Assembly (NCBI RefSeq): GCF_006345805.1
Contig: NC_043002.1
Span: 75,268,001 to 75,332,000 of the forward strand
Length of the DNA stretch: 64,000 nt
Direction: 5' to 3'
Source: Octopus sinensis
Lineage: Eukaryota
Shown: positions 60,766 to 64,000 of the stretch, in pieces
How the letters are laid out: every line of letters starts with the position of its first letter
Position numbering within the stretch: the stretch's first letter is position 1
The notes under the pieces: generated by a model
Told to the model about the DNA's origin: nothing
What the model saw: the letters and a program-made list of their open reading frames with translations, nothing else
Database searches by the model: none
Made by a program: the position numbers and the translations under genes

Positions 60766-60985
60766 TACAATAGGCTTCCTTCAATATATATGCATGTATG
60801 TTTGTATTTGTGTGTCTGTGTTTGTCCCCCTCCATCTCTTGACAAACAATGTTGGTCAGCAAAAGAGACTGGTAGAATAAGTACTAGGCTTACAAAGAAT
60901 AAGTCCTGGGGTTGATTTGTTCAACTAAAGGCAGTGTTCCAGCATGGCCACAGTCAAATGACTGAAACAAGTAAAAGAGTAAAAT
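60536..60985 (+). mobile_element. SINE family A, full length (right arm of inverted pair)
   Basis: AGGCACAGGAATGGGTGTGTGGTAAGTAGCTTGC...GGGTTCAGTCCCACTGTGTGGCACCTTGAGCAAGTG ... CCAGCATGGCCACAGTCAAATGACTGAAACAAGTAAAAGAG. Confidence 0.9.
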
Positions 60986-61808
60986 AGTAAATCTTCAGAT
61001 TTGACCAATCATTTGACCATGATTGCCAATACTTGTAGACCTGGTACATAAAGTGGTGGAGAAATACTTAAGTGTTTGGTGTATAGTGACATACATTTTA
61101 TGTTTTGGTTGATATGCATACTCAAAAATGGAGATAGCATCTGTTCACTGCCCTATGTACATGCACATGCATACATTCCTCTGGTCCCCTCTCCATAGTG
61201 TCAAATTAACTAATTCAATAAATGAGTCCATTCAAAAACCATTTTAAATATCAACTAACTAGCTAGTGTTTAACGCGGAATGATGGAATGAAAGGAAAAA
61301 AAGCAAGGGAAAAAGAACAAATTAGTGAATTAATGATATCCAAACTATATTTTTCTAGCAGAGCTTGGACCTGTCTTTGTTTGATTCTAGAATGTATAGC
61401 CTTTCACTTTATTTGCTATTTCCTTTAATTCTTTCTTGTACACACATTCATATTTGTGTATGTGTGTGTGTGCTTAAGTATGTACACAGTGTCCCTTAAG
61501 CATATCATAGGGTTTCTTTTTCATGTTTATATCATAAGTGCATTTATGTGTGTAGGCATGCACACACACATTTACAGAGTATTTTTAGCCAGTGGACTAC
61601 TGGTTACAAGATCATGGGTTCAAACACCATTATTCTAATAGGTGTGTGTGTGTGTGTAGGCATGCACACACACACACAGATTTGGAATGTGTAATTCCAC
61701 TATTTCTCATTCATCTACTATACCCATTCAATTTTTCTCTGCTGTTTGTGTATGCGTGCTTAATATATCTTGCTCAACTACACAATATTTTCCTTACTTT
61801 GATGTATA

Positions 61809-61841
<33 letters not shown>

Positions 61842-61852
61842 GTGTGTGTGTG

Positions 61853-61888
<36 letters not shown>

Positions 61889-62269
61889 GTAAAAGGTCCT
61901 GATACATCACTTGTGTGTTCATTGATTTTCTGTAAAGTTGTCATTATTTTTTATGAATATCTCTGTGAGGGATGTTATTAATAATTTGATGTCTCATGGT
62001 AGGTCTTAACCTTAATCTCCTCAATAGAAGTCACATATTTTCTAAAGGGGGTCTGCTATCATGACATACTAATTTCCCAGAAATATGTGTGACATTATTG
62101 ATAAGTTGAACTATTTTTTTTTTTTTTTTGGTTATTTTTTTCTTCCAATCAATAGTAGGTAAAACACTTAACTCTTTCTACTTCAAAAAGAAAACAAAAA
62201 TAATCATACAACTGGCTATTTAGCTGCTGCTCTATTCCATAGAGACCGTTGTGTGTGTTTGTATGTATA

Positions 62270-62448
<179 letters not shown>

Positions 62449-63889
62449 AGTATCTGCATATAGTTCAGGTTCAAAAAGGTTTAGCAGGTGGCTTGAAGCA
62501 ATAGCCATTGTTATATTTGTGTTGCATATGTTTTCAGATCAGATCAGATCAGATCAACTAAATTTCGATTGGTTGAGAATGGAGAATGCATTGAGTTGTT
62601 AGCTTATAATTTTTATGTTGTGTCCACCACTCTATCAACACACCTGCACGCAGTATATTTCTTTCTCTCTTAAAATTCTATCATACCATTATGTAACTTG
62701 GCCTGGGAGTTCATTTTTAGCTCCAAAAACACGGTACAGTGAAGTATGGCACTAGATGTTTAAAAAAAGAAAAAGAAAAAAGGAAGAGGCTAATAAATTA
62801 TGTAGAATAATTTGAATTTTCAAGAATAGTTTGTTAATTAAAATCATGACCATGTGAATAGTGAGCATCAAGAGCACTTTTATCAAGAGCTATTCTTTCC
62901 TGAATCTGTTATTTAATGATTGTAGAGCTTTGTGCATCTGGTCATCGTCATCACTAGCAGCAGTGGCAGTTTTATACTTGCTTTCCATATTTTTTCATTT
63001 TTGTTTTGCACATGTTTTTTCATCCCAAAATGAAGAAAATAGTATGCAAGCAAATTATTAGTATAAACGACTCAGTTTGGCAAAATATGCATGATTACTA
63101 ATTGTTGTGAACCCAGTTTAGCCAATAACAAAAAGTACGTAGAGGGGAGACAAATAGGCTTTAAAATTCATTAGTTACCTTAAAATGGACAATGCTGGAA
63201 TAATAGTTGTGTGTAGAAAAGAAATAGAAATCCCAATAATTAAAAGTTCTAGGTTCAGTTCTCAGGCCTAGCTCAGAGATCCAATATACCTAACTTCACA
63301 TCTGCCATGCTGTTCCCCGTGACTTCACTGTAACCAGGCTAATATGATTGACTGCAACTCTTTTAAAAGTGATGCCACAATCAACTGAAGCCAAGAAAAG
63401 AAAGAGAAAGTGGGTTTGTGTGTATGTGTAAGTACTTGTGGATGTGAGTAAGTAGTCAACCACACATACACACTTACATGCATCTACATGTTTTTTTTAT
63501 CAATATATATATATATATATATATATCATCATCATTGTTTAACATCCATATATATTATTACGACTGGTGTATCTCTAGGCACCCCACTTAATTCAATACT
63601 TTAAAATGCATTCTAATGAGAACTATTCATGCCTAATTAATTATTAGTCTCTGCTTAAAGTGTTTGTTCTATTAATATTAATTTCACAGATATTCATTTA
63701 TAAGTACTCTGAATAAATCACTTTTAAAAAAACTTCATCACGTTCTCGTAATCATTACAATTATTGTCATCATTAATTCCTCTGTGAATTCATATCCTAA
63801 CCTTAAACTCTGTATTTAAGTCTAAAGTAATCTTTCAGGTTACTCTTTTACTGTTCATCATCATTAAACATCTGTTTTCAATGTTAGTA

Positions 63890-64000
63890 TTGGTTCGATG
63901 GTTTGATAAAATCTAGCAAGAGAGCTGCAGGGCTGTGTTGAACTCCAATGTCAGTGTCAGCTCTTGGTTTCTATGGATGGATGCTCTTCCTATGCCAACC
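63890..64000 (-). mobile_element. Repeat family C, running off the window edge
   Basis: GTTTCTATGGATGGATGCTCTTCCTATGCCAACC at the window end. Confidence 0.7.

Overview
AT-rich, repeat-dense eukaryotic DNA. The SINE families and the (CA/GT/TA/GA/AAT/GAT)n load point to an octopus (coleoid cephalopod) genome; this is an inference from recalled repeat consensus sequences, not a database search. There is no complete protein-coding gene, rRNA, genuine tRNA gene or CRISPR array, and nearly all ORFs in the supplied track are microsatellite or SINE read-throughs. About 40 copies of five short interspersed repeat families (labelled A-E here) are recognisable, with approximate boundaries. Also present are a mariner transposase 3' fragment with its TIR, an L1/Tx1-like LINE 3' relic, and a Hero-like (R2 superfamily, RLE-type) retrotransposon. 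In the Hero-like copy the N-terminal zinc-finger region is joined directly to the C-terminal CCHC/RLE region, so the whole RT domain is missing. Several small exon-like segments occur on both strands, suggesting the window lies in a large-intron gene, but neither the host gene nor its strand can be established by eye. The best leads are the RT-less bipartite Hero element, a head-to-head SINE pair able to form an ~800-nt dsRNA hairpin, a ~95-nt unique hairpin, a perfect 41-bp direct repeat, and two CpG-retaining repeat-poor islands.
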